The position numbers and the translations under genes are program-made. Under the pieces are notes generated by a model, which saw only the letters and a list, made by a program, of their open reading frames with translations, was not told where the DNA came from and made no database searches. A stretch of DNA of 64,000 nt from Octopus sinensis (taxonomy: Eukaryota), in the NCBI RefSeq assembly GCF_006345805.1, contig NC_042997.1, forward strand, positions 169,260,001 through 169,324,000. Direction: 5' to 3'. Each line of letters starts with the position of its first letter. Position 1 is the stretch's first letter. Positions 25,354-38,753 of the stretch are shown piece by piece.

Positions 25354-28300
25354 GATGATGATGAAGTTACAAAAAACAAAAATGAACTGAATATTAATTT
25401 GATATCCAAATATAAAAAGGACTGAAAGAAAGTATTGTTTTATATAGGGTTAGATTGTGATGATTCCTCAACAAATAATTTGTTACTTCAGCAAGTACCC
25501 AGCTTGTTTTAGATTCATACTTCTGAAAGTTATAGATTACAAACTTTAGCTTAGACTTTCTCCACCCTTAAATGTAACCGCTCCTCGAATTTTATTTTAC
25601 TCATAATTACAGTAAAGTCTATGTAATATTCAAGAATATATCTTGGTTGATACTGCACCTTGCAAAAAATGGAGTGCCACGAACTAAACAACAACAAAAA
25701 AAAATGTAAAAACAAAGAAAATTTACATATAAAAGAATTATTTTTGAATATATTTTAATTGGAGGAATAACATGTAAAAAGGTAAGTATAGAAGCAAAAT
25801 GATATCACAGTATTAAAAATAAACAAAGAAAACAGTATGGAAATTTGTTTACACATGCAAAGTCAGAAAACTGATATTTGATATTAAAAATATATAAAAA
25901 GAACTATAATATAGTAACTATAGATAAAATATGAAACAGTTTCCCATGTAATTCAGTTGATGTCATGATTATGATTTCAAATCTAGAGCCAGCTTAACTT
26001 ACATAGCCACAGTTTCCCATTTGAATTTTTTTTTCTTTTGTAATTTAAGTAAAATTGATAATCTGAGCATTTTATTAATACCCACTGTCACATTATACTT
26101 AGATACAAAGTTTCAGCTCTGGGAGTTCAACCAGTAACCAATAAAAAGAGAACTTACACACATATACTCACACACATACTCACACAATTTATTTAATTCA
26201 TAAGATAAATATAATATTTATCAAAAGAAAACAATTCAATATTTGATGAAGAGAAGGGGCTATTCACATTAGTCTTGGCAAAGCATGTTTGCTCCATATT
26301 GATGACAATATTAAAATAGACACAATAAGCTAAGAAAAATATAGTCCATTAATCCATTTTATATATTCATTGGATTTTGCCCTAGTTGATTAACATCTAT
26401 TTTCATAAATTCCAACTTATTTAGATACAAAATAATTCAAGTGTTTGAATTTTTTTCAAATCAAAGCTAAATGCATTTTCAATAGTTTCCAAAAAGTTGG
26501 AAATAAGATGGAAAAAAATTACAGAAAATAAATGAAAATATATAATTGCTCGAAACTGAAAGTAAAAAGCTATTTTCAAAATATAATTATAGTTTCAACA
26601 TACAAAATATATTTAAAAGTACATTACTGATGAGATAACCTAATACATGACAGCAGATTGAAAAGTAGTGCCTCCTATAATATAAACTTAAATTGATATA
26701 ATATCGATGACAGACAAAAGGTTTGAAGAGAATTCATTTGTTGTTGCAAAGTTGCCTTTAGGCATTATGGTCAGAGTAAAGATTCAAATTCTTTGGACAG
26801 AAAAAAATAATTTGCAAGATAGAATCAGATATAGGTTATAAGTATCATGTGACACAACTTCAAGTTTCAAGCAGTCAGTCTACTTCGATATCTTTGAATT
26901 GCAGTGAGGTCATGTATTGTTGAGGTAAAAATGGAAATGTTACTAATTAGATACAATGCAGTGTAATTTTTTGTCTGTAGCTTAGTGTTTCTCCATACAA
27001 CACAATATTATTGCATGTGAAACGCTCTTCTAAGAATTTTGCATATATTTAAGTATTTGCATTGAATATTTTGTAACTTTTTCCTATGAGCATCAGATTT
27101 CCTGCAAACAACTGCATATTGCATTTCTCTACACATGATGACTCTTTCAGTCAGTCTTTTATTGAATGGCACTGCTCTTTTGAATCATGATGATGGATTT
27201 AAATTTCATAACGTGAACGTTTTATACTTAACATCACAACTTCCTTTATAATAATTATCATTTAAACAATATGATACACATCTAAAATTTCCTCAGCTTG
27301 CCACCAACAGTGCTCATAACATTTGATACATTAGACCATTTTTCGATAGTCTGTGCTTGAATACTTTCTCATATTACTTAATTTGAAAATTAATTTATGA
27401 ACTAAATATTGATGTTTGTCATCTGCTACTATTTAAAAGCTCTCCAATTTTTTGTTGCTATGAAATACCTAATTGACTGCACTTATACAATAAAAAATTC
27501 TTACACACACTCGTCTTCATATGTTGTAAATGACTATTCTCTCTTCCCCATATACTGCATATAAATGTTAATTTATGATATTTCAATGGACATGTAGTTT
27601 CCAGGCAAAAAAAAAATTTAATTTCATCATATTGTTTTAAATGATATAAAAATACTCAATCAAGTCCCACTTGCAACAACAACAACAAAGAATGAATGTC
27701 ACAGTTGCTTTCTGAATAGACTGACAACACTTTATGTAGTGTCTTCTATTCCAGCTTCACAGAAGTCAGAGGCATTACTTTACAGATAGCTATCATAATT
27801 TCTAAATGGTGACAGTAACAAAACCAAATTACATTTGTTGTCCTGTTTAATACCATTTTTGAAAGAATCTTTAACCTGCATTCTTATTGTAATAAATTAA
27901 TAGGTACTTTACATCAACCTTATAAATTGACACAAAATAGCAAAGTTAAAAATTTTTTAAGAAAAAATATTTTAAGGATTTAGTGTCCAAAATCTTTCAT
28001 ATAATAATTAGTTAATAGATTTGATTGAACAATGTGATCTAACAAGTATTTTTTAAAAAGTGACTAAAAATGCATTATAAATATATGTTCTATTTCTTAA
28101 AGTAATTAGCTGCTTGAGCAATTTTTCTTTATTTTTTTTTCTTTTAATTTACCATTAATATCTTTAGCATAACAAGGAAATTTGTAAAGTTACAGAATAG
28201 ACAAATTTGGTTTTGAAAAATATTTACAAAACAGTTTGTATAATGTATCTCTTAATTCTCATGAAAAATGCAAATGAAAAATTTATGTTGATCAAATAAG

Positions 28301-29638
28301 AACATTTTATTTTTACGATTAAAAAAATATTTAATTAGAAACTTAAAAATTATTTACATGATGCTATTAGCTAATAGAAACAAGACTGTTAAATTTTAAA
28401 ATTTCTTTTGAATAAAATTACCAACTAATTATTTTAAAGTACTAAGAAATATCAATTGTTAGTCCAAAGAGAAGCAGATATTAAGGTATGTATTACAACA
28501 CTAATTTTAAGAGACTAATGACCAGGCTTATAGAGAACAAATGCTAACAGAGAAATAAATATCTTGAGCTTCCATTTTAAATATCTAACGTAAGAATCTC
28601 AAGCAAACATCAATTTGTTTTTGTCATTTTTCCTTTTTTTTTATTGAAGAAAATTAGATCATATCAACAATTAGATCAAAATTAACAGTTTCATAACACG
28701 TTTTTTACAACATTTTTTCAGGAACAGAATAAAACCCAAACTATACCAAATGTAATATTTAATGTAACATATAACAAAAGATTAAAAAAACCAATGATAA
28801 GGTTTCACTGGTTATGATTTCAGCAGCATACTTCTATAGACAAAATTAACAGGGACATTTAAATAACAATTTAAATTATTATTGTCATATTACTGTTCAT
28901 CTTTTCATTGCTTTATATTTTTTAGGTTTAACTTTTTTCTTAATGCATTTCTTTCCATTTTTTATTTTTGTTTTGTTTTGCTTTGTTTGTTTATATGATT
29001 ACATTGAAAATGTTTCAGGAAAGTAAGTCATTTAAAAATATATATTTACCAATGATAGAAAATGATGATGTAAATAAATAAAAATGAATTTGAAACAAAA
29101 CATGATTGAAACAAAACAATAGTTATGAAAAGAAAATAATATTACAGTATATAAGTATAATAAATTTATAAATATTTCTTACAAAAGATGCTCAGAAATC
29201 ATTTATAAATTGTAAAACAATAGCATATAATAGATATACGACACAGACCAAACTAAACTGGTTACTTAATTCTCTACAAATTCATTTTAGCTCAAATTAT
29301 GATTCCTTTGGACATTAAGTGGGCATAGTTGTCTTTCCTAGTTTTCCTACTCTTTCACATTGCAAGAATCTCCACAGGTGTTAAATACAATCATTTTCAT
29401 ATAGAATGGCAAAGAAAAACATGGACTGGTTGAGGGGTGTAAATGATTGTCAGATTAATTAACCAGCAATATAGGACCTATGTCTGCTGTTAATACAAAA
29501 GTACAATCAGAATAAATGCTATTAATAATGTTTATTAGCCTCATAACTGATAAGAAATAATCTTGTTTCATTACTGATCATTTCAAAAGAAAAATATATA
29601 AGTAAAATTTAAGGACAGCAGAATAAATAGGTCTCCCA

Positions 29639-29678
<40 letters not shown>

Positions 29679-31646
29679 TTGATATGACAATTTGATAATC
29701 CCTGATATGTCTGAAGATAAAGTATATGACATCAAAAAACCAAATAGAGAAATTGTTGGCATGATGCTAAAGGTATTCTTTTCCATTAAATTAATTAATT
29801 AATCTTGCTGGTATTATGGTAGTTAATTTTTTGTTGATAGCTAGAAACTTCTACTAAGTAATGAATAAAATACTCTGAGTTGTGAAAAGAAAGTTATATG
29901 GTTATGACCAATGATTCCATAGCATCCTAGGAAAATTTCAAATAACCCAAGCAAAATGCATGATTGTGGAAAAAATTAAAAAAAAAATTATGAGTAACCC
30001 TAATTGAATTTGAACTATGATAATGGAACAAAATACTGAGAAATCAGTGATAATTTTTGTCTTATAAGGTTTCAGAAATAATCCTTATTTTCACTGAAGC
30101 ATTTTATAATATGCTTTAGAATCAACATCAAAACTTTACAGAATTGTCAACTGCTTTGTTCAGTAATATCTTACTAATTTCTTTCTTCCATGATGAAATT
30201 TTAGAAAGCCTTAATATTTCAGAGATATTTTATGTTTATTATGCCCAAGTTTTACTAAGATATATTCCAGATGGATTCTAATAAAACATATATGCTTAAT
30301 AACAGTATGTTATTATACACATATATATATGTTTATTAACATAAATATATATGTTTATTAACATATATGCATAATAATATAAAGCAGATTTAATATCTCT
30401 TATTATATGATATCTCCTTATATAACATATAATTTATCTCCTTTATTATTTCTTTCATAACTAACATGTTTTGAGATATAGCTGACTACTGATTCTTCAT
30501 TCAGAGTCAAATATAATTTAATATTTGGCAGAGTGTATTTAGAGTGCATTGATGGTATACACAGTTGGGTAGGTGTAGGTCAACTGAATGGATTTCAAGA
30601 GAATTTGGGATAACATATGTTGCTATCCATGGCCAAAAATGTGTAGAGAGGACTTGAAACTGGCACCATACACAAATAAGTCCTGCATTCTACTGCTGAG
30701 TCATTTGTTAACCCAGTAATGAGAATGTCCCAAGTAAATTGTTTGTTTGTTTGTTTTTTTTTTGTATTTATTTTCGTTTTGTCAACATTAAAAATATGTT
30801 CTTTACTTTGTATACATACAATCTATGAAACTAGTAAAGTATTTTAGTGCTCTTTGCTGTTTCACAACTCAAAGAAATACAAAATACACCAGCAAAGTTA
30901 AATCTGAGTAATGATGAACTTAACTTCTACTGCAAAATTGCATTTGTATTCATGGCTTTGTCAATTAAAATACATCCACATTGTTAGCTGGAATGTTATT
31001 GTTTATTATTTATATCTAATTAACATACTGATCTACTGCTTGATTAACTAAATTTAATTATATATATACTACTACAGTCACATTATTTTCTGCACTTTCT
31101 TTGCATGAAGACATTTGAAATTAAATTTTGTCTTGGATGTGCTGTTTAAAAAGGTTTGTAATTTAGTATATATTTGTATAAAAACATAGCTTAAAAATAG
31201 AAAAAAAAAACAAAAAAAAAACACAAAAGAAATGAAAAGGTAAATAATGTTTTGAACAATTTTTCACAACAATTTGTTTCGAGGTACCTAAGTAATTCTA
31301 TTAAATTTTTAAATAAATTTCAGTGAAAAAATATTAAAATTCAAAACAATATTATGTTTAATAAGTTAAATTTCTGCTTTTTGATTTCACATTACTCCAT
31401 AGACTTTTCACTGAACATCTGAAAACTTTAGGTTGTAATTTAAACAAAAATATAAAAATAATTATACAACAGCTAAGTTGTTATTTGTTGTTTGAGTAAG
31501 GTGTGAATTTGTGCTGCCGCAGAAGACCTGCCACAACATTGCTGTTGGTAGCAGTAGAGAAATAGAATAAAATAGTTTCTAAACAAAGATATTTGACAAA
31601 CTAAACAAAATCAAATGTTTGAAAGATTTAGAAAATGTTTCTCATC

Positions 31647-31946
31647 TTATACAGTGATGTTCAATAGTGACGCTGTTGTAGTTGCTAGAGTTGTAGTGGA
31701 CATATTCACAGTAGTGGTAGGAAGGAAGCTGGCTTCACAGTAGGGTAACTGGGCACCATGATTACATTTTGTAGCATCTTTGAAGTTCACCACAATCATA
31801 AGTGAACCAACAACAAATATCAGTATTCCAAAAATTGCAATTAGACCAGGTAGAGTATTACCTCGCGATAGTATGGGCTCTGGACGAAGTTTAATCACAC
31901 ACATTGAAGGGAAAATATAGGCTAAAGGACAAGCTGCTAAAATACC
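31647..31946 (-). CDS. SLC38A11: SLC38A11-like transporter, terminal exon
   Basis: GILAACPLAYIFPSMCVIKL...TKCNHGAQLPYC...LNITV*. Acceptor tttcag at 31947-31948, phase 0. Resembles the SLC38A11 C-terminus (C.HG.E..YC). Confidence 0.9.
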   Translation of the reverse strand, partial: GILAACPLAYIFPSMCVIKLRPEPILSRGNTLPGLIAIFGILIFVVGSLMIVVNFKDATKCNHGAQLPYCEASFLPTTTVNMSTTTLATTTASLLNITV

Positions 31947-32065
31947 CTGAAAGAGATAGATTGAAGTCGTTAAGTATTTATCATTTGAAATACAAAGCAT
32001 TTATGCATGATAAAAAGAAATTATAATTTTAACTATGAATAGTTTGAAATTAATTATTGGTTATA

Positions 32066-32468
32066 GGTGTAAGAGTGGCTGTGTGGTAAGTAGCTTGCTT
32101 ACCAACCACATGGGTATGGGTTCAGTCCCACTGTGTGGCACCTTGGGCAAGTGTCTTCTACTATAGCCTCGGGCTGACCAAAGCCTTGTGAGTGGATTTG
32201 GTAGACGGAAACTGAAAGAAGCCTGTCGTATTTATATATATATTATGTGTGTATAAGTTTGTGTGTCAGTGTTTGTCCCACCAACATCGCTTGACAACCA
32301 ATGCTGGTGTGTTTACGTCCCCGTAACTTAGCGGTTTGGCAAAAGAGACCGATAGAATAAGTACTAGGCTTACAAAGAATAAATCCTGGAGTTGATTTGC
32401 TCGACTAAAGGTAGTGTTCCAGCATGGCCACAGTCAAATGACTGAAACAAGTAAAATAGTAAAGAGAG
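32066..32468 (+). mobile_element. SINE family A, full length
   Basis: Colinear with 1567-2082 but with a shorter internal microsatellite. Confidence 0.88.
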
Positions 32469-33759
32469 TTTCTGACAATGGCACAAAGCTATTACATTCC
32501 TTTTTGTTTGGTGAAGGAGGAATAGAAACAGTTTCTTATAATGAGCCAGTAGTTGATTGGTGCTTATTTTATTGGCACTAAGTGAATGAAAGCTAAACCT
32601 AACCAGAACAGTATTTCACAGTGTTGACTTTGCCTAATGCAATTAATTATGGCCTTCAACACCCAAATTTCAGACCTCGTGCCTCTATCACAAATAAATA
32701 ATTATTAAAAGCAATTTAATTTCTTATTTCTTTATTGCCCACAAGGGGCTAAACGTTTCTGCTAGCTCGCCGCCTTCTACAAGCAATCTAATTTCTATTT
32801 TACCTTGAATCTCATAATTTAATGAGAATTCACCTGTATATGGAAATATTGTCTCACCCTCACACACATGCACACACATATGTACATAAAGAGTAAGAGA
32901 CAAATAAATAGGCAGTGAATGAGAGAGAAAATTAGATACACATTATATGGGATCAAGTATTTCAACCTGTTTTCTTAGTTTCTTTTTAAAAACATGGTTG
33001 TACAACATGACAGAGCATTATAGAATAAGAGAAAAATTTGTGGCAAACAGAGAGATGGAATGCAGTTTCAATTTCTGGTTAAAATTACTTCACTTCCTCT
33101 ATATTTGCAATGTCCTTGGAAAAGAACATTATGCTTTATGTTCCAGATTGGCTAAAATTAAAGGCATAGTTAAAATAACCCACTATTTGTAGTATCCATC
33201 AATAAAAGAATCCCCTTAACCTATTTATCCAGTTCTTTTTTTCTGATATTTAGTGAAGGGTGCAGACATGGCTGTGTGATTAAGAAATTTGCTTTGCAAC
33301 CACATGATCCCAAATTCAATTTCACTGTGCAGCACCTTAGACATGTGCATTTTGCAATAGTTTCAGTTTAACACCAATGCCTTTTGAATGGAGTCGATGT
33401 CTTAAAATGCTAAACATTTTCATTTCTAGAAACACATCATAAACTTACTAAAATTATTTTGAAAATATAAATATCTCTCAATCCCCTGAAGAACTCATAC
33501 TTTACTCTGATTTCATAGTGTAAATTAGATGGAAAGCAACTTCATGTTGGATAGGATACAAGTCTATCAAAGTTAACATTTCTATGAGCAAGATAAACTG
33601 AGGTGAGAAGAGAGAATTCTGTTAAAAAAACTCCAATAATATAACTATAAGATGTTATCATTCTCAAATGCAATGCCTTACCCATTCAACAATTTCACTT
33701 CTACAAGTGATTTGATACTTTTTCAATATAAATTATTGAGAATTTCAATTGCAACTTAC

Positions 33760-33897
33760 ATTTAATGCTAAAACAATTCCTAAACATTCTGTTGTCATTG
33801 AAATAGCTCCAGTGAAGCCAACCAAAACTGCTGTAAGTAGCACATGTTTCCAGAGGCAAAGTTCTTCAGTCAGTCCAAGAAACAGATTTTGAACAAC
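33760..33897 (-). CDS. SLC38A11: SLC38A11-like exon (138 bp)
   Basis: VVQNLFLGLTEELCLWKHVLLTAVLVGFTGAISMTTECLGIVLALN with ag and GTAAGT boundaries, phase 0/0. Confidence 0.92.
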
Positions 33898-35470
33898 CTG
33901 AAATATAAAACCACGATCAAATACAAAGATTAAAGTAATGCTAGAACTCTGGAAACTACTGCTGAAATTAAAACAGATTTTGCAATGATAAGACTATGTG
34001 AAAAAAGTTACAGGAAAAAATTATAAGAGAGATTTTTCAAGCTGAGCCATCTATTAGGAGCCCAAGGAGTAGATCATACACAAGATGATTGGATAATATC
34101 CATGGTTTCAGTTGGTTATGCTTAGAAATTCAATGAAAAAGTCTAGTGGTTATTGCTTCTTATAAGGCCTTATGGAGGAGGTGGCAGAGGACTTTACTCC
34201 CATAACCCTCTCAGGGATAGTGGTTGGAGAAGATTGATTGATGGATGGAATTTCTGGCTTAACTTACCAAACTGTTCATTATCTTACTCATGCAGATGAC
34301 TTGGAAGATAAGCTTCATCAACCCATTAAAATTAAGCCTATGATGTGTGAATTATCATTATATGCTTCATAGATTATTATTGCTGTTCAAATTATCACTC
34401 CACTATTTTACCTTTTTTATGTGTTAAATTGTACTGTGAGTAACTTGGTTTTTAGAATAGGTACCCCCATATGCCTCTATGTCATAAGAGAAGACCAAAG
34501 GAGTTGGCATCAGGAAGGGCACCTAGCTATAAAGCAATGCCTCAGAAACAGCTACCCAACTCATGCCTACATGGAAAAGCAGATGTAAAAACAACAAGTC
34601 TACCAATACTACCACTACCAATGCTGATGACAATGCAAGTACATGGTTTACCAAACTCTTTTCTTCAAGTCTATGTTAATCCTTATCTCCTGTCAAGGAT
34701 TTGAATATAATGTAATATTACTTACTAGATACTGTTTAAATATTGATTTTTCTTCCACAGATAGTCACAGTTTCAGACTTATAGAGGAAGGGAAATGAGA
34801 TTAAAAGATATTTTTCAGTGGTATTGGCAAAGAAATAGAAATGAAATAGCTATTATCAGAAGTGGGTCACATACTTAGATAGCTGGGAGCTTATTTTAAA
34901 TTTGTAGTTATAATTTATTAATTATTCATATCAATAAACTATGTCCATTTTAATCAAATGCTGTTTCTAACAGGAATTCCATTAAATTTCTCTGATTCAT
35001 TTATTAGTTAGATATCAGATCTTTTTGTAAAAGAGTACTCAGCTTTAGCATAGATAATAAAACTAGTTAGTTCTTGGAACTCTAAATCCACAAGTCCTGA
35101 TTTTATTTGTAGTTGAGACCATTATGTTTCACCCTTAAGAGAGACAAGCATCACACAATCTCATTTAGATAATTAAAAATGTTTCTTAAATGTGGCACTG
35201 TCACTAAATTATGGAAAGCATATATCAGGTATGGACTAAGTATATTGAGGAAAGAAGTATAATGAGATGATGTAACCTCCTCACATAACTGTTGATGAAC
35301 AAACAATTTTTTGTGAGTTTGTATTAGTGGAATGTGATAGTTTGGTTAATATTTTATTATCAGTAACAATTACTGAACAAAATATACCTAAGCTTATCCA
35401 TCTCTCTAGCCCGCAACACTCAGTTTCACATCTGTACTATAGCCACATTAGACACAGGGTAATATTTTGA

Positions 35471-35822
35471 ACCATCTGAACATGGCTGTTGCCAGCGCTG
35501 TCTCGACTGGCCTCGTGCTGGTGGCACGTAAAAAGCACCATCCGATCGTGGCCATTGCCAGCCTCACCTGGCTCCCATGCCGGTGGCACATAAAAAGCAC
35601 TATCCGATCGTGGCCGTTTGCCAGCCTCGTCTGGCACCTGTGCCGGTGGCACGTAAAAAGCACCCACTACACTCATGGAGTGGTTGGCGTTAGGAAGGGC
35701 ATCCAGCCGTAGAAACATTGCCAGATCAGACTGGGCCTGGTGCAGCCTTCTGGCTTCCCAGACCCCAGTTGAACCGTCCAACTCATGCTAGCATGGAAAG
35801 CGGACGCTAAACAATGATGATG
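35471..35822 (+). mobile_element. Retroposon 3' part with three ~62-bp internal tandem repeats and a (GAT)n tail
   Basis: The unit ..CCGATCGTGGCC..TGCCAGC..GGTGGCACGTAAAAAGCAC occurs three times. The tail CATGCTAGCATGGAAAGCGGACGCTAAA+(ATG)n matches 63880-64000 on the minus strand. Confidence 0.8.
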
Positions 35823-36942
35823 ATTTAAAAATATAAAAAAGTGCATCTTATATGCCAGAAAATATGGTACCTTTGCTTTTTTACACTTCCAGATTCAGTA
35901 AAATTGATTCCAGAAAGAGGTTTTCCAACACAACCTCAATCTGGTGACTAAAACTAACAGATGAATGAAACAAAAATAAAAGAGATGGTGGAAATTTGTC
36001 TCCCCACTTGTGATATAAACAGCAATGCATTTTGCACCAAAAGTCAATATGAAAGTTTTTCTCATGGCAACTACCACAGTATAGTTTGTTCAAATAGAAC
36101 ATTCACGTTTAAATGGGGATAAACATTACCTCTTGATATTAATACTGCCTTTTTAATAAGCTCACTAGCTAATTGTGACACCAGCACCTGTTCTAGCACT
36201 GTTATTTTATATATCACTGGCAGGGAGAGATTGCTGCCATCTCTCTCTGGTAGTGAATTATGTGGATGAAAAGGAGAAGATGAAGTGGTAAGTTGTAATT
36301 TAATTGAAAACTGTGAAAAAGATTTGGTTGAACTTTTTGGTTTAAAAAAAGGAAAAATAAAAAAAATAAATCCTGTATGAACATTTGTTTAAAAAGTTAA
36401 AAATTGTAAGGTAAAAAGGAAAAGGGAAGTTGCGGTTTCGCCTCGGAGTGCGACTAGAAATTGTTATGTAAAAGGTAAAGGTTTAAAGGAAAAGGAACCC
36501 ACAGTTTCATCTTGCTGTGGGAGTGAGATGGCCATTTTATTTGCATTGTAATTTATTCATTTCACATTCATCCTTTCATGTGTTTTTTGTTCCTGCATGT
36601 CTATGTATGTCCCCTCTGTGTTTAGGCCTTGTACCAGTAATAAAGAGTTAATCTCTCTCTAGTGGTTGAGTATCTATCATTGATAAGACCAAGGAAGGTC
36701 GAAATCATGTGACCTGGTGGTCTCAGCACTGGAAGTGGCAAATATTTATCTCCCCACTAGTGATATAAATAACTGCATTTTGCACCAAAAGCCAATATGA
36801 AAGTTTTCCCTGATGGTCACTACTGCAGTATAGTTTGTTCCAACAGAACATCCACATTTAAGTTGAGGTAAAAAATAAAAGAATAACATTTTTAAAATTT
36901 AAATTATAAAATAAAAATTGATGTAGTTTTCATTGATTTTAC

Positions 36943-37055
36943 CTCTCTGCATACAAAGCATTCAACTGGAAAGGTCAGCATAATGGTGATTGTATAAACA
37001 ATCCGTGCTACATTTACTAGGCTGTCATTGTAGCAATAATTCTCAAGAAGATCTC
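36943..37055 (-). CDS. SLC38A11: SLC38A11-like exon (113 bp)
   Basis: (G)DLLENYCYNDSLVNVARIVYTITIMLTFPVECFVCRE with ag and GTAAAA boundaries, phase 1/0. Confidence 0.93.
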
Positions 37056-37319
37056 CTGAAATATAAAATGATAATTAAAAGACATGTACATAAAGCTTTC
37101 CCAATAAATCAAACTAATTAGATGCATGTGGATTAAATTCTAACATTTTAACTGTAAATGTTAATTTTAAACAGGAAAAGGAAACTAGCTCATAAATCAG
37201 ATAACATATTCTAGAATTTCATAAGCCTTACACTTGTCTCAAGAAGCTTTAAAGTATTGTTAACATTGCAGTTTGAATTCAGTAAGCAATAAAAGCAAGA
37301 CAAAAAAAATATAATTATA

Positions 37320-38200
37320 CAGGGTGGGGCAGAGAGGACGGACGTTTGTGAAAAATTCACAAAATCATTAATTTTAGCTGCAAACAAATGTTATTGATAT
37401 CAATGTGTTCATATTGAATTAGCATTTGTCAAAATCAAGTGTGGAAAATAACAACCATCATGTGGTGTCTGTTTTTATTGATGCAGTTCTGAAGGCATTC
37501 TTGGAAGTTGGCCTCCACTCTCTCCAGTGTTGCTCTGTTGATTTGGCAAATAGCTTCCATTAAATCATCCAATGTCCGGGGCTTATGTGCATATACATGT
37601 GTCTTGAGGTTTTCCCATAAGAGATAATCACACATAGAAAAATTAGGGGACTGAAAGGGCTAAGTATAGTCAGCAAATCTAGAAATGAGGTGGCCACTGA
37701 AGAGAGGGCGAAGAATATCCATTGATGCTCTGGCTGTGTGAGCCATCACCCCATCACACGTAAAATAGGAATACGTTTTCATCATAACTCAGACACAAAG
37801 AAGTTGTTTATAATCTCAATGTAATGCTTGGAGTTTCCAGTAACAGCATTCCCATTATTGTCTTCAAAAAAGTAAAGACCAATGATGGTAGCTTTTCCAA
37901 CAGCAAACCAGACTGTCACTTTGGGGCTGTGCAGTGGTCTTTCGTACAGTTCTCTCAGATTTTCAAGCACCCAATAATGACATTTCTGTTGATTCACCAT
38001 GCCATTGAAATAAAAGTGAGCTTCATCACTTATTAACAAAATGAAGTCATTTGCCTCAAAAATTGCTTCCATCTGACGTGTGAAGTTAAGCCACTGTGCA
38101 TAGTCCCATTGTTTCAACTGTGGCCCAATGACCAATTTGTATGGGTGGAAATGCAGGTCTTCATGCAAAATACCTCTTACTGATCAATTACCAATGCCAA
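37320..38200 (-). mobile_element. DD41D (rosa-type) mariner transposase pseudogene, 5'-truncated
   Basis: Contains ISDEAHFYFNGMVNQQ, PLHSPKVTVW and DGVMAHT...P.QSPNFSMCD, with 41 residues between the second and third D. One TIR starts TA|CAGGGTGGGGCAG at 37318. Internal stop and frameshift. Confidence 0.85.
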
Positions 38201-38591
38201 GTTCAGTGGAATGGGCTTCTTTCAGTTTCCATATGCCAAATCCACTCATAAGTCATTGTTCCAGCCAGCCAGAGGTATAGTAGAAGACACTTGCCCAAGA
38301 TTCCACACAGTGGGACTGAACCCCAAACCATTTATATACAGAGACGCATGGACACTCACACACGCACACACACACACGCCAGTATATATATAAGACAGAC
38401 AGACAGATAGCTAGATAGATAGATAGGTAGATGGAGAGTCAGACAGACGGACAGCTATCTCAATCACTAACAACAGTTTCTTATGCATCCTACTAATAAA
38501 ACACACCAGCAACACACAAAAACTTTTCTCCAAAAGCAAAGGGGAAAAATACATCAATGAATATATATATGTATGGATATAATTTACCAAC

Positions 38592-38753
38592 CCTGCGTGT
38601 AACCTGTGAAAGACACATAACCAACAATTCCAAATAGTAAGGTAAAAACTGTTGCTGCTGCTATGCTGGCGTGAGTTACATATCCCCATCTTGCTGTTGT
38701 TGGGTTCTCAAGTGATGTGTGTATCATGAAAGTATTGTGATGGCAGACATAAG
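38592..38753 (-). CDS. SLC38A11: SLC38A11-like exon (162 bp)
   Basis: (A)YVCHHNTFMIHTSLENPTTARWGYVTHASI...GYVSFTGYTQ(G), containing the CHHN motif. Acceptor ttccag and donor GTTGGT, phase 1/1. Confidence 0.93.

Noticed and set aside
34280-34310. THADDL, resembling an RT YADD motif
   Set aside because: It is an isolated word with no supporting RT motifs.
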